This document shows, piece after piece, positions 38,101 to 48,329 of a stretch of DNA of 64,000 nt. A model generated the notes under the pieces. It was given only the letters and a program-made list of their open reading frames with translations. It searched no databases and was not told the DNA's origin. Location: contig CM059432.1 of NCBI GenBank assembly GCA_030390025.1, positions 101,620,001 to 101,684,000 of the forward strand, given 5' to 3'. The translations under genes and the position numbers were made by a program. Each line of letters opens with the position of its first letter. The stretch's first letter is position 1. Source of the DNA: Squalus acanthias. Lineage: Eukaryota.

Positions 38101-39058
38101 TAATTGGTGTCGTTGCACAAAGAGTGGCTGAAATTCTAGGTGTGTTTCTTCGAGAAAAAACCCGAGAGGAAGCACGATAGTTTTTAGTTGGAACATCCTG
38201 ATAGGCCCTTACTGGGGCAGTTCGGTAGGACTTAGCTTGATAAGCCCTCGTAGAGGCTCTTGATAGGCAAACCTTTACAAAATGACCCTTTTTGTTGCAA
38301 TGACTGCAAAACGCATTGCGAGCAGGGCAGAATCTCCGAGGGTGAAACTCATCCCCACAAAAAAAGCATTTCTTAGATTGCCAAGAGGCTGCCACAGTGG
38401 GGTCATCATCCTCTTCATCGGTGAAGTCATCAGATCGATCGTCAGGGATAAAGTCCTCCCTAATAGAGTTCACCTGTGGCCTCTTAAATTGCCTGACTGT
38501 AGTTAAGGCAGCAGACCGAGGTCTGGGCACTGTAAAAAGGTCTGCATTTCGTTTTGCTAGATCTAGAGAGCAAGCCAGGTCATAAGCTCTCTGCAGCTCA
38601 AGTGTCTTACTTTCCAGTAGACGCTGGCGTATAAATGGGGAGGCAAGCCCGCAGATGAACGCATCACGGATCATTTCTTCGCGGTATAGCTCAGCTGAGG
38701 CTGCCCGAAAGTTACAGTCCATACTAAGTCTGCGAAGCTCTTGGAGGAATTTATCAATGGATTCCTCCGGCCCTTGTTGGGCTGTAGCTAGTAGATGTCT
38801 AGCATAGACCTCATTCGGTGTCTTAGTATATAGTCTCTTAAGCGTCTGAATTGCCTCCTCATAACTGTCCCAGTCTTCCACATACTGAAATACATTCGGG
38901 GTGACACAGTTGATGAGTATCCGCAACTTTGAGTTATCATCCGCTTTGCAATACTCAAGAAAATTCTCAAACGTGCGATACCAGTGTTTCCACACCTTAC
39001 CGGCTGCTGGGGTGTTTGGGTCCAAGTCAAGACGCGATGGTTTAAGGATGTTTTCCAT
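35102..39058 (-). CDS. gag-pol: Gag-Pol polyprotein, 1318 aa (Gag with 2 CCHC knuckles, aspartic protease, RT, RNase H, integrase)
   Basis: CFFCGDEFHPRRFC and CSHCNKKGHFVKVC; LIDSGS; DLKSAYHQ, LPFG, YLDN; VECDAS; integrase H-H-C-C and IDFKG/SDRG/VERFN. Gypsy domain order. Strong Kozak context ATCATGG. Confidence 0.97.
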   Translation of the reverse strand: MENILKPSRLDLDPNTPAAGKVWKHWYRTFENFLEYCKADDNSKLRILINCVTPNVFQYVEDWDSYEEAIQTLKRLYTKTPNEVYARHLLATAQQGPEESIDKFLQELRRLSMDCNFRAASAELYREEMIRDAFICGLASPFIRQRLLESKTLELQRAYDLACSLDLAKRNADLFTVPRPRSAALTTVRQFKRPQVNSIREDFIPDDRSDDFTDEEDDDPTVAASWQSKKCFFCGDEFHPRRFCPARNAFCSHCNKKGHFVKVCLSRASTRAYQAKSYRTAPVRAYQDVPTKNYRASSRVFSRRNTPRISATLCATTPITAACPQNLFHAATKASIKGHTLDALIDSGSTDSFIREQTVAQLKLHVFPSDQAVAMAQSSLNTRISGFCVVEIMLKGHRYPSTRLSVLKDLCSDLILGLDFQKQHKKLTIEFGGSKPELTISNIRPRLPFCALSAASLDEPSLFASIPPRCKPIITKSRRFSQEDQSFIAAEISRLLAEDIIEPCSSPWRAQVVIVKNPLQPHKKRLCIDYSQTINQYTDLDAYPLPRIDDMVNKLAEYTVFSTYDLKSAYHQVPLKVSDKQYTAFEANGRLYQFRRLPFGVTNGVAVFQRAMDDLVKQEDLKDTFPYLDNITVAGRNQQEHDANLQRFWDALQHRNLTLNAAKSIESQPTINILGYCVGNGIIKPDPERLRPLQELPPPKNPASLRRALGLFAYYAKWIPNFSDRIQPLLKASTFPLDTTAVAAFNLLKKQLEKAALHSIDESLPFVVECDASEVAISATLNQEGRPVAFLSRTFQGAELHYPPVEKEATAIIEAVRKWSHLLARQHFTLITDQRSVAFMLDNRKRTKIKNNKIQLWRLELASFGYTIHYRPGKENVAPDTLTRAFCSAMAPSTLVDIHDGLCHPGVTRMLHFVRSRNLPFSTGDVKKMCSDCRVCAELKPRFFRPSGGILIHATQPMQRLSIDFKGPLPSSTRNTYLLTMVDEYSRFPFAFPCPNMLTTTVISCLEQVFAFCGMASYVHSDRGPSFMSGELKAYLSERGIAASKTTPYHPVGNGQVERFNAIIWNAVRLALRSRGLPNQQWEAVLPDALHSTRSLLSTATNTTPHERFFRFQRRSSYGTSLPSWLTTPGPVLLRRYVRASKNDPLVDEVELTDVNPTYAYIRYPDGRESTVSLRDLAPCPPKHRGTPGDDIVPGTSLGLPGASHHDRDLTPAGTSLQRADLGQTDYEPVGARTRSHDQPCTVRSETDLPQPCPTPIRVPVHGQDRSDPSQSGLEHSDSGPWPAAGKRARGPLPLREPKRVRLSLIQRLRNGGSIPAS

Positions 39059-39124
39059 GATGGGTGATTCCCTGGATCCTTAGCTCCGAGTTCGTCCAAA
39101 AAGTTTGAGTGCGAAGTTTTTCAA

Positions 39125-39136
39125 AAGTTGATTAAA
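39125..39136 (-). promoter_or_regulatory. Non-tRNA primer-binding-site-position sequence complementary to the element's own LTR
   Basis: Sense TTTAATCAACTT lies 1 nt after the 5' LTR and has no TGG. It is the exact complement of LTR sense AAGTTGATTAAA (39192-39181). Confidence 0.75.
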
Positions 39137-39137
39137 T

Positions 39138-39320
39138 TGTCGTAAGAATGAGCCTTACGCGTGGTAAACTTAATGTAAGCTTTAATCAACTTAAAACGGT
39201 GCTGCATACAAAAGAGGTCTTACCCTATGCCTCTTCCAGAGCTAACTGATCAGTCCAGTATTTATCCTGGACTGATTACAGGAAGTGATGTCATACAGGA
39301 AGCTGAAAAGTGTTACCACA
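39138..39320 (-). repeat. 5' LTR (183 bp)
   Basis: On the sense strand: two CTTCCTG (ETS-like) motifs, TGACATCA (CRE-like), GATAAATA (TATA-like) and ATTAAA (poly(A) signal). Confidence 0.97.
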
Positions 39321-39944
39321 AAGGGTTCTTAGTCATAGAGTTGATACTGGATGCAAAGGACCCTTGAAATCCCAGATGGAAAAAGAATAGGCAGGCTTTT
39401 GCCATGACCACACTATGATCCAACCTATTTTTCTTCGTCGGTGCTGTTTAAGTATGTAGTGCAGGCTCCCTGCAATATTTCCGTCAGTAAGCAGGAGCTC
39501 ACCACTGCAAGGGAGCAAGATACAGTGAACACGTGCTGCAGGACACCTGCGGCAGTATCAGAAAATGAGGAGCCATATTTAAAAGGGCATAAACGCCGAT
39601 GATCTTCAGCTTCATATTGGTTTAGGCCGAGGACTGAACCGAGGGCTGAACAAGGTTAGTGTTTGGGGCCTGAGGAGAGGGAGGGGACCCTCTCTCTCCA
39701 AAAAGGACTTCAGGCCTTTTACCATTGCCCCAGAGTTTACCGCCAGCCATCTCCTAGCAGTCTCTGGAGTCAGTAGTTGTAGTGACAGAAGGCAAGGAAT
39801 CAGGCTGGTACCCAGGCCCAGCCTCCCTGCCATTATTTATATGTGGCAGAACAGTACAGGACACCCAACCAACATCCCTGTGGCGGGGAAGGGAAGAAAA
39901 TTTAGAATGGTGCTGGTAGAGGCGGGATGTAGTGGTAGATCACC

Positions 39945-40875
39945 CCAACAACAAATTGCATTTATATGGCACCTTTAGCGTAAAAAACAGTTCCAAGGTG
40001 CTTCACAGAAGTGCAATCAGACAAAATGCCGAGCCAAAGAAGGAGATATTCAGAGGGGTGGTTAAAAGCATGTCCAAAGAGGTAGGTTTTAAGGAGCGTC
40101 TGTAAAGAAGAGAGGGAAGTGGAAAGGTTTTGGGAGGGAATTCCAGACCTTAATGCCCTGACGGCTGAAGGCACAGTGGGACTTAAAGAGTATTAGATGC
40201 ACAAGAGGCCAGAGTTGGAGGAATTCAGAGTTCTTGGAGGGTTGTAGGGCAGTAGAAGGTTACAGATATTGGAGGCGCAGGCCATGAAGGAATGTGAGAA
40301 TTTTAAATTTGAGGCATTTGTGAGCACTGGAAGGGGTATTGGGATTGTGGAGTGTGGGTGGAAGTCTGGGGAGGAGAGGGTCCTGGGGTCTAATGGGATT
40401 GATGGGCAGAGAAGCCATTGCTGGAGACACTCTGACTATGATTGGATAGCTATGAATGGAAATAAGCAAGGGCAGTCCCATGGATAAGGAAAGGTGCTGG
40501 TGGAGGATGTGGTCAACAACAGCAAATGTTGCAGAAAGTTTGAGGCAGATGGGAAGGGATAGCACACAAGGTTACAGTCAGAAAAGGTCGTTCATGACTT
40601 TGGTTAGGGACATTTTGGTACTGTGGAAAGGGAGTAATCGAATTGCAAGAATTCAAACAGTGAGTTGTCAGAAAAAGTGGTCACGGATCTGGGAGGCAGC
40701 AACACATTCAAGAACCTTGGAGAGGAAAGGAAGGTTTGAGATGGAGCAGTAGTTTGCAAGGCCAGAGGGGTTGAAAGTGGATTTTTCAGCGGGGGTGATG
40801 ATGCTGTTTTTGAAAGGGAGGTGGAAAGTGCCAAATGAGAGGAAAGCATTTACAATGTTATCCCAGCATCGGGGC
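39945..40875 (-). mobile_element. Decayed L2 LINE (RT fragment plus 3' UTR)
   Basis: The reverse complement resembles 21200-22745 with deletions. Tail GGTGCCATATAAATGCAATTTGTTGTTG. Confidence 0.8.
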
Positions 40876-42099
40876 CAGGAAGAGAAATTGTTTAGTACTT
40901 CATGTCAATTAAATTATATTGAAAATGTCACCACCATTTAGAAGTGCTAGCAGGATGCAGCAAGTCTCAGCGAATCATAGACTGAAATTTTTATACTATG
41001 TCACCAACACATAGAAGTGTTCGCAGGCAAGTCACCTGCCGTCTTTCTCATAGTAAAAGCTCCAATAATCCATTACTAGATTGTTTTTAGCCCCCCCACC
41101 CACCCTCCTTCCACTCACCAAAAAAAAACCTACAAGTGAGGAGCGGTAGCGGGCAGTAAGGCCTAATCATTTATTTAAGTAATTATTCATCTGAACTCTA
41201 ATTTGCAGTTTTTACTATACAGTAGCTTCAGGGGTAGGACAGAAAGAGACTTTCAAAATATATTGTGTAAAAATAATAAATTTGATGATACCACGTGGCA
41301 AGTGAATGTGAAAACCAGTTTTAACATATACTATATGCAACGGTCCAGGACTACTTTGTGAGCCATAGGAGTATTCAACATTTATTTCACCTTCTTTGAC
41401 TGTAACCACAGAAAGAACCTCTGGAATGCAGTCTGTTTAAAACAATGGAAGTGTCTGACAGTACTGTTTCAGTCAAAGCCCGAAAAGAGAATTGAAAAGA
41501 AAACAGATTTATCTGAAGATTTCAATACCTTCCACACACATATGTAATTCCTTTTATCAAGCCTTAAACTTATATTTTTAGACTACTGCCCTTTTGTAGT
41601 ACTTCTGCTGACAGAAATTCAAATCATCTCATTGTCCTTAGAAGATTACTGTTTGCAACTTTACCAGAACTGAATTCTACTGATATGCTAATGAGGTAGC
41701 AGAGTCAGATGCTTAGATAGAAATCAATTTGCAATTCCTAATTTTCAGCTTGTGGCAGGGTTACATTTATCTCTTTCAGTCGGTGCTGCTCACAGTAAAT
41801 TTCTGAAATGGAACACATGGCTTGGTTTTTTACTATACCTCCTCCCTTCTCATTCCAGCTCCACAGAATGTTCCTTGTACATTAACTCTGACAGCAGAGA
41901 TTGCAGGACAGTAAATAAAACTAAAAACTGCAAGTGATAAAATACAGTGATCATACAGATAATATTAGAAGCTTGAAGTAGCAAGAGGCAATGCCTCAAC
42001 CCTCTTTCTTCTAGTTGTTTTCAGACATAGCATTCATGGTTCTAAGGATATTCACCGAGCTCAGCACTGTGAAGGAGCAGTGAACCAAATTGTAAACCT

Positions 42100-42812
42100 G
42101 AACCCAGATTTTGCTGGAGCAGAACATCTCACAGAGTGCCCCGTTAGTTAGATTTTTTCTCTCACCCTTCAGCTGGAAATGCGAGCTGATAATGGACAAC
42201 AGAGCATATGCGACCTTGGTAAAGGATGGCACCAACAGTCTCTCTCTTTAATCAATGAGACTTAAGGATTGAGAGAGCAACAGAGGGACAATGGAGAAGG
42301 AAATAGAGTGAATTAGAGTCAAATCAGGTACAGAATAGAAACAGAGAGGGAAAGAAATTTTGGATTGAGAGAGAAAAAAGAGAGATAGATAGGAAAAGTA
42401 AGAAAAACATTAAAATATTTAAAATGTAAAAAATCTCTAACAACAATTTACTACCTGTAGGAATGCGACTCCACAGTTAGAATTGTTCCCTTTCTGGGCC
42501 GGAGAGGTTGAGTGGCATTGCAGGAACATAAACCTCGTCATTAAAAAGGTACTTACACTGTTAAGTAGCAGCCTGAACTTGCTGCGGTGAGTTTAATTGG
42601 CAGTTAATGTGCAAGTGCAGCAATTTCTTGAAACACACAGGGAAGTTGTCGGTGAGCTCCCATTTTACGAGCCAACGACAAAGTGGCACAAATCATCCAG
42701 CAATTTGTGGTGATTCACAACTTGCAGGGTATCTCTTCCTCGCCACAAATTAAATAATAATAATTGCGAGCGCAGTAAATTCACTATTATTTTACCAGCA
42801 AATTCTGGGCCA
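42100..42812. mobile_element. Non-autonomous Harbinger-type element
   Basis: Ends ACCCAGATTTTGCTGG / CCAGCAAATTCTGGGCC form a TIR. Confidence 0.6.
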
Positions 42813-43004
42813 ATGTGAATTTGATTTACTCGACAAAATCAAGTCCAAACCTGAAATCTAAAAGTACCCAAATGCACATCTCAGCTCACAATTGTCACTG
42901 GCATGAATTAACCTTCCAATAGCTCAACATTATATTTCACAACAGTACACCATATGTGATAATTTGATTGTTCAGAGTAACTGTTAAATTATTTACTTCT
43001 TTAT

Positions 43005-43809
43005 AGCAGACAATTTTGCTACTCTCAACCAGGCCTTAATGGTAGGACAACAGCGACCAACAAGCGACCTGGGGCCAACTCTGGCCCAGGATGCCATGAG
43101 CCTCATTTACCATTTTTTGTGCGAGCTGCTGGTGCCTGTTGAATGTCCATAGGCAGCTCATACATTTAACTAGGAGAAGCGTATCAGGTCACTTGCCTCG
43201 CGGGTAGCAGCGTGAAGATAAATCTTGGGGAGATGCTTGGAGTGGCAACGGTGGGGGGAGGAAGGGCGAGAACACAAGGACTGTGGATTCAGGACAGCAC
43301 TCCTGTTTCTTCTGACTCCACAGGCACTTTAAAAAAAAAAAATTCTATAAAAACACTTACCCTTTGGTGGCGGTCACTACTTAGGCCACAGCGACTGCTT
43401 AAGAGCAATGTTCCCTATAATTTTTTTTTTAGCGCGCTGTCCCTTTAACTGGGTGCATGGCCCATTAAAATCTTTGCACATGTGCGGTTTCTTCCCTGTA
43501 GAAGCCGGTGAGCGACCTGTGCAGGGCCTCCAGAACAACTTATCAGGAACGTTGCTTAGGAGTCCCGAGCCGATCAGGCCTGGCTCCTGCTCCACTCAAT
43601 CAAAATTTAATCCAATTTCTGCAAGGGAGCCGAAAGCAGCTGTGATGCCCCTTATTTACATACGTAGGGGGCATGACACCTGTAAAACTGCCTTCACCAA
43701 TATGGCACCACCCGTAACACAGGCTTAGGACATTGCGCCCCAAAATTGGTCCTTTTTGCCCCTGTTTTCCGCCCGGAAAATGGGGGCAAGGAGGACCATT
43801 TTCTACCCC
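43005..43809. mobile_element. GC-rich Harbinger-type non-autonomous element
   Basis: Right end ATTTTCTACCCC. Internal similarity to 52833-53510. Confidence 0.5.
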
Positions 43810-44783
43810 AGAAATTTGCTTTCAACTGTGGTTAATTTCTTGAGAGCTGATCTGTAGTTTAAATTGGTTTTGAGAAGAAGCAGAGACCAGATGCATGGCT
43901 CAGCTGCAATTAGTAAAGCTCCCAGGCCTGAAGGACGAGAAAAGGCTTTCTGCATTAATTAGTCCTCCAGCCCAGGAAGTTTAAAGAGGCAAGGCTGAAT
44001 CTTTCCGGTTTTCAAGCTTCTGGGGAGGGGAAAGATGGAACTGAGAAGAAAGAGGGAGGAGAGAAGAGGGAAATGGGAGTGAGAGAAGGATGAGGATGCT
44101 GGAAAGTGGCTTGAATTGTTTTGCATTTTGGGCTTGGAAGTTTTGTGCACAGGGGTCTGGCTTTTTGTCTGTATCGGGATTTTTCTGCACGGGTGATGCC
44201 AGTTTTTGTATATAGGGTCTTAACTTTTTGCATGTGAAGGAATCTAGCTTTTTGGGGTATGGGAGGTCTCACTTTTATATGCATATTGATGCTTTTTGTG
44301 TATGAGCAGTCTTGCTTCTATTTTCGTGACTCAGCTAATGCATATGCCTGCTGCACTCAGTAGGACAGAAATCACCAGGATGGAAAGACAACAGCCAGGG
44401 AGGTAGTGATTCAATATTTCCAGATACAGAGAACTCAAAGCAAATCCCTCTAATTATGGGTGGGGTGTAATTTTGATTTAATAACTAACCTAAGTGTACC
44501 AGATGATCTAATACATGCCATCATTATTTTTAGCCATTTAAAGAAAACACTTTCTTTGCAAGATTGACTTTATTGGGCTAATTTTAACATTAATTATAAA
44601 AAGCACCCAATTCTAAAAATATAGTTACATAAGGTTTCTTTTTATCTTTTATGTAAATAAATTGACTTTAATGGAAAAATAATTTTACATTTTATTCTTT
44701 TTTATTATCCTTTGTAACATTATATGAGGAAAAATGTGTTCCTTTGCGACTAATTAGTTAGAAGTGGTTACAAATGACTATTT

Positions 44784-44875
44784 GTGTCAGCCATGGCTCA
44801 GTTGGTAGCACACTCGCCTTTGAGTCAGAAGGTTGTGGGTTCACTCCAGAGACTTGAGCACAAAAATCCAGGCTT
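44784..44875 (+). mobile_element. tRNA-derived SINE head (3'-truncated)
   Basis: Box A TGGCTCAGTTGG, followed by GAGTCAGAAGGTTGTGGGTTCA. Confidence 0.7.
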
Positions 44876-45399
44876 TTAAGTATTTTTTTAAAATTTGCTT
44901 AGAAACTGACTAGTGCACACCAATGTAACTAGTAAATGGTTCTGTATAGTTTTTCAAAGTCAATTTCAGTTATTTAAAATCGGGTTACTCACAGGTGGCT
45001 GTCTAGACACTCAGATTAAAAATGCTTAATTTTGTGATAAACCCATTTTCTGCTGTATTAATAAAATTGCACCAGGTTACCACTCTTAAATATATCAAGA
45101 AATATGTTTGAAGGCAAATTTAAAAAAAAAATGATGTTCTAAAACGCTGCCCGATGGTGCTGTTCCATGGAAGATTTTACCTTTGGTGATATGCAAATAT
45201 GTTTGAGTGGAAACTTGAGCAAAAAAAAACACTTCTTAAACGAACACAATTTTGAGCGCAATTTGCGCCCGGATCGCCAATTGTGCCCAATGTGGAAACT
45301 CTTGCTAATGATGCCAAATTCTAATAAACGTTTCCCCCGGCATGTCTCCTCCTTGGTAACCTCCAACAAAAAAGAATATGGCCACTATGCAAACTCATA

Positions 45400-46243
45400 G
45401 GGCTGGATTTTGTCAGCCGAGACGAGTTGGGGGCGGGACTGCTGCCTTCTGGGTTCTCGTCCTGCCCCCAGCGACATCTGATGAACCTACGCTATTTTCC
45501 CTTGATTGGCCTTGTTAAGCCCGCCTGCGGGCTTACCAGCCAATTAAGGAAAAGCCGGTGACAGATGACGTCAGCGTATGATGCTTCATCTGTCTAAAAT
45601 TTTTTGACAGATGAATTGTCAGCGTTTGACAGCTTTGAGAAGCTGTCAAACACTGACAATCTCGGTTCTAAGGTGAGCCCCTGCACAAAGGCACACCAAG
45701 ACCTCTCTCCTCAGCACAAAGCAGATGGCTGCAGCATCTGAGAATGCAGCAGACATTCTGTCATCTCTGCCGTTGAGATGAGGCACCTTCGGATCCTCAA
45801 CAGCTGAAGCCTGCAGAAAGAAGCAAAGGTAAGGAAACTTTTTCCAACACTTCACACTCACCTCTCATACTTACCTGTCCACACTTGCACCCATCACTCA
45901 CCTCTACAGCTGACATTTTGACCCCTCTCACCCCCGCAGACCCACTGCTCGCCTCGCTGACCCTGGCGAGGTTCGCAGCCGTCGGGAAGCCCGCACTTGC
46001 AGGGGTAAAATGGGGAAAAGCCTCAAAACTGCCTCTTAACTACCTGGTAACAGGCAGTTAATTGGCTGTAATCCCCTTCCCGCCTTGAGGAGACGGGTCC
46101 CTGCGTGACTCGGGGACCCGCCTCCCGGGAAGATGGCACAGAGGCGGGTTGGGAGCGGAGTCGGAACCCGCTCCCAGTTTCTGCCATTTTCCCGGCAGTC
46201 CCGCCTCCAAACCCGCCTCGTCAGGGCTGGGAAAATTTCCCCC
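45400..46243. mobile_element. Non-autonomous PIF/Harbinger element (family B)
   Basis: GGGCTGGATTTT / AAAATTTCCCCC ends with TSD ATA. Confidence 0.8.
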
Positions 46244-47119
46244 ATAGTGCATCAGCTTGCTGTGGCTGTGCAATTCACATACCCTGACATCATAAACACT
46301 GGCTCCAACATCAGTGGATCGGAGCTTCCCTGAGCACAATCGAGTATATTACCATAAAATATGGCATAATACTGAAAAGCTTGCTGACCCATTCAGCTGG
46401 ATTGAGTTACTTTCCAGACTTGGCAGGGTGAAAAACGAAATGACTCATCTGCTTTGTGAGTAACATTAACAACACCCCTCCGCCCCCCTCTCCCCAGCCT
46501 AGGTTCTGAGCCTCCTTCAGTTCTTTCTATACCTTCCAACCATCCATTCCATTCATTGGGAACTGGTGCATTTCTTCACTTGCCCCCAAATGGTTCATAA
46601 TCTGTACTCAAAATATATCTTTCAAGATTAATTTTCTCCATTCAAATTACAAGTTACTTTTTTTTCCAGTGAAAACCTAATTTGGGCAAGTGAAAGAAAT
46701 AATGGTCCACTTATCAAGTGGTATTTTTAACTTTGTATTCCCCATAGAGATCTTTGCCAAATTTCAATTTGTTGAAACATATGTAGTTTCTTGCAACAGA
46801 CTGTTATTAAAAACCTCTTGTTATCACAATTCTGCTTCTTTGATCCGTATAGGTCAGAAGACAAACTCAAATCTTGATAACATGGATTAAATTAACTGGT
46901 CCCTAAGAGTTTGCAATAATTCTTTTTGACTCACATCTACCTTCCACTTAAATAAAGTGATGTTACAGCAAATATGGGCATATAATGATGGCTGAACATT
47001 CTATCGCTCTAGGTGAAATTCAATTTGAAATGAAAGTGGATGATATGACTTGCTTTGTTTTTCTCGGTTACCTGGTTTTTAGCTACTGGGGTTTAAACTG
47101 ACACCATTTCTTATAGTAG

Positions 47120-47710
47120 GTTATGGTACTGTAGTGATTATGCTATTGGACTAGTAATCCAGAGATCATGGGGTAGATTTTGATTTTGTGTGATAGTGTA
47201 AAATGGGTGATAGCAAATCGGCAGCCTGTTTTATATCTCTCCTGATTATTATTTCCATTGATATCAATAGAAATAAAAATTGGGAGAGATGTGAAACAGG
47301 CTGCCGATTCACTATCGCCCACTTTACACTATTTCGCAAAGTCAAAATCTACCCCCATGATTTTAAATCCCACCATGGCAGTTACAGAATTTGAATTCAG
47401 TTTTTTTTAAAACTGGTATCAGTAAAAAATATAGAAATAAGTAATCTGGTATCTGTAAAAGTGACCATGAAGCTGTGGAATAGTGAACCCAGTTTGGTTT
47501 ATTCCGGTCTTTTAGGGGAGGAAGCTTGCTGTCCTTACCACTCTGGCCTATATGTGACTCCAGCCCCACACCAATGTGGTTAACTCTTAACTGCCCTCTG
47601 AAGTGGCCGAGCAAGGTACATAGCTGTACACCACCTTGGCAGGGCAACTAGGGGAGGGCAATAAATGCTGGCTTTCCCAGTGATGCCCACATCCTGAGAA
47701 TGAATTTTTA
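47120..47710 (+). mobile_element. tRNA-derived SINE interrupted by a foldback MITE
   Basis: Head GTAGTGATTATGCTATTGGACTAGTAATCCAGAG resumes after the MITE as TTTAAATCCCACCATGGCAG. Tail GGGCAATAAATGCTGGC..CCCACATCC. Confidence 0.7.
47170..47355. mobile_element. 186-bp foldback MITE (Harbinger-type)
   Basis: TIR GGGGTAGATTTTGA. Almost the whole element is palindromic. TSD CAT. Confidence 0.85.
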
Positions 47711-48329
47711 AAAATTTCAGCAAATGTTTCAGTTAACACCTCTCCAGCTTTAGTTTTTAACACAGACCAGAGGTCTTATGAAATTAGTTTGCAACTGCCA
47801 GCCTGGTTGCTTTTGGAGGCAAGTTATTCCCTGTTGTAGCAATACATACATTGTTTCATACTATTGGATATATATTTTTAATAAAACAAAGGTTGAAGCA
47901 GATCTGGGGCTGGTCTTCAGACAGAAGAGGTCCTTCGAGGTAAATATAAAACTTTCCTTTGAGGAATCAGGAAGAGCAGGAGTGCTCCTCCAGGCCTCAC
48001 AAGAAAAGGTTGCAGCCTCCTTGCCTGCACTTCCCCCGCAGCACCCCCCCAACCTCCCGTGAGACCCTCCTGAAACCCGCTCCCCGTGACTTACCTGCTT
48101 GCCAGCAAGCCTTCCTTTATTGCGGACCAGAGACCTCCAGCCGCCCGAACTTTCTCTCCCACCAACAATGGCTTCTGCTTTCCGCTCGTTCCGGGTGTTA
48201 AAATAACCCAAAGTTTGTTTCGCTCTCACCCTGTGCCCCCACCCAAAACACATTCAGGGTTAAAATTGGCCCCTTAACGTCAGATAGGCAGATTCAGAGA
48301 GGGTTGATGGAGAAGGCAGAGAGGTAGAA

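Larger units (their letters stand above)
34901..39320 (-). mobile_element. Full-length, very young Ty3/Gypsy LTR retrotransposon (4,420 bp)
   Basis: Two identical 183-bp TG..CA LTRs, 5-bp TSD AAGGG (34896-34900 / 39321-39325), a PPT, and one intact gag-PR-RT-RH-IN ORF. Confidence 0.98.

Noticed and set aside
35005..38585. Short antisense and overlapping ORFs inside the Gypsy element (possible env or accessory genes)
   Set aside because: All are under 135 aa, with no signal peptide, TM segment or known motif. Expected by chance in GC-rich coding DNA.
44784..44875. Possible tRNA gene
   Set aside because: No complete cloverleaf. It continues into SINE body sequence seen elsewhere in the window.
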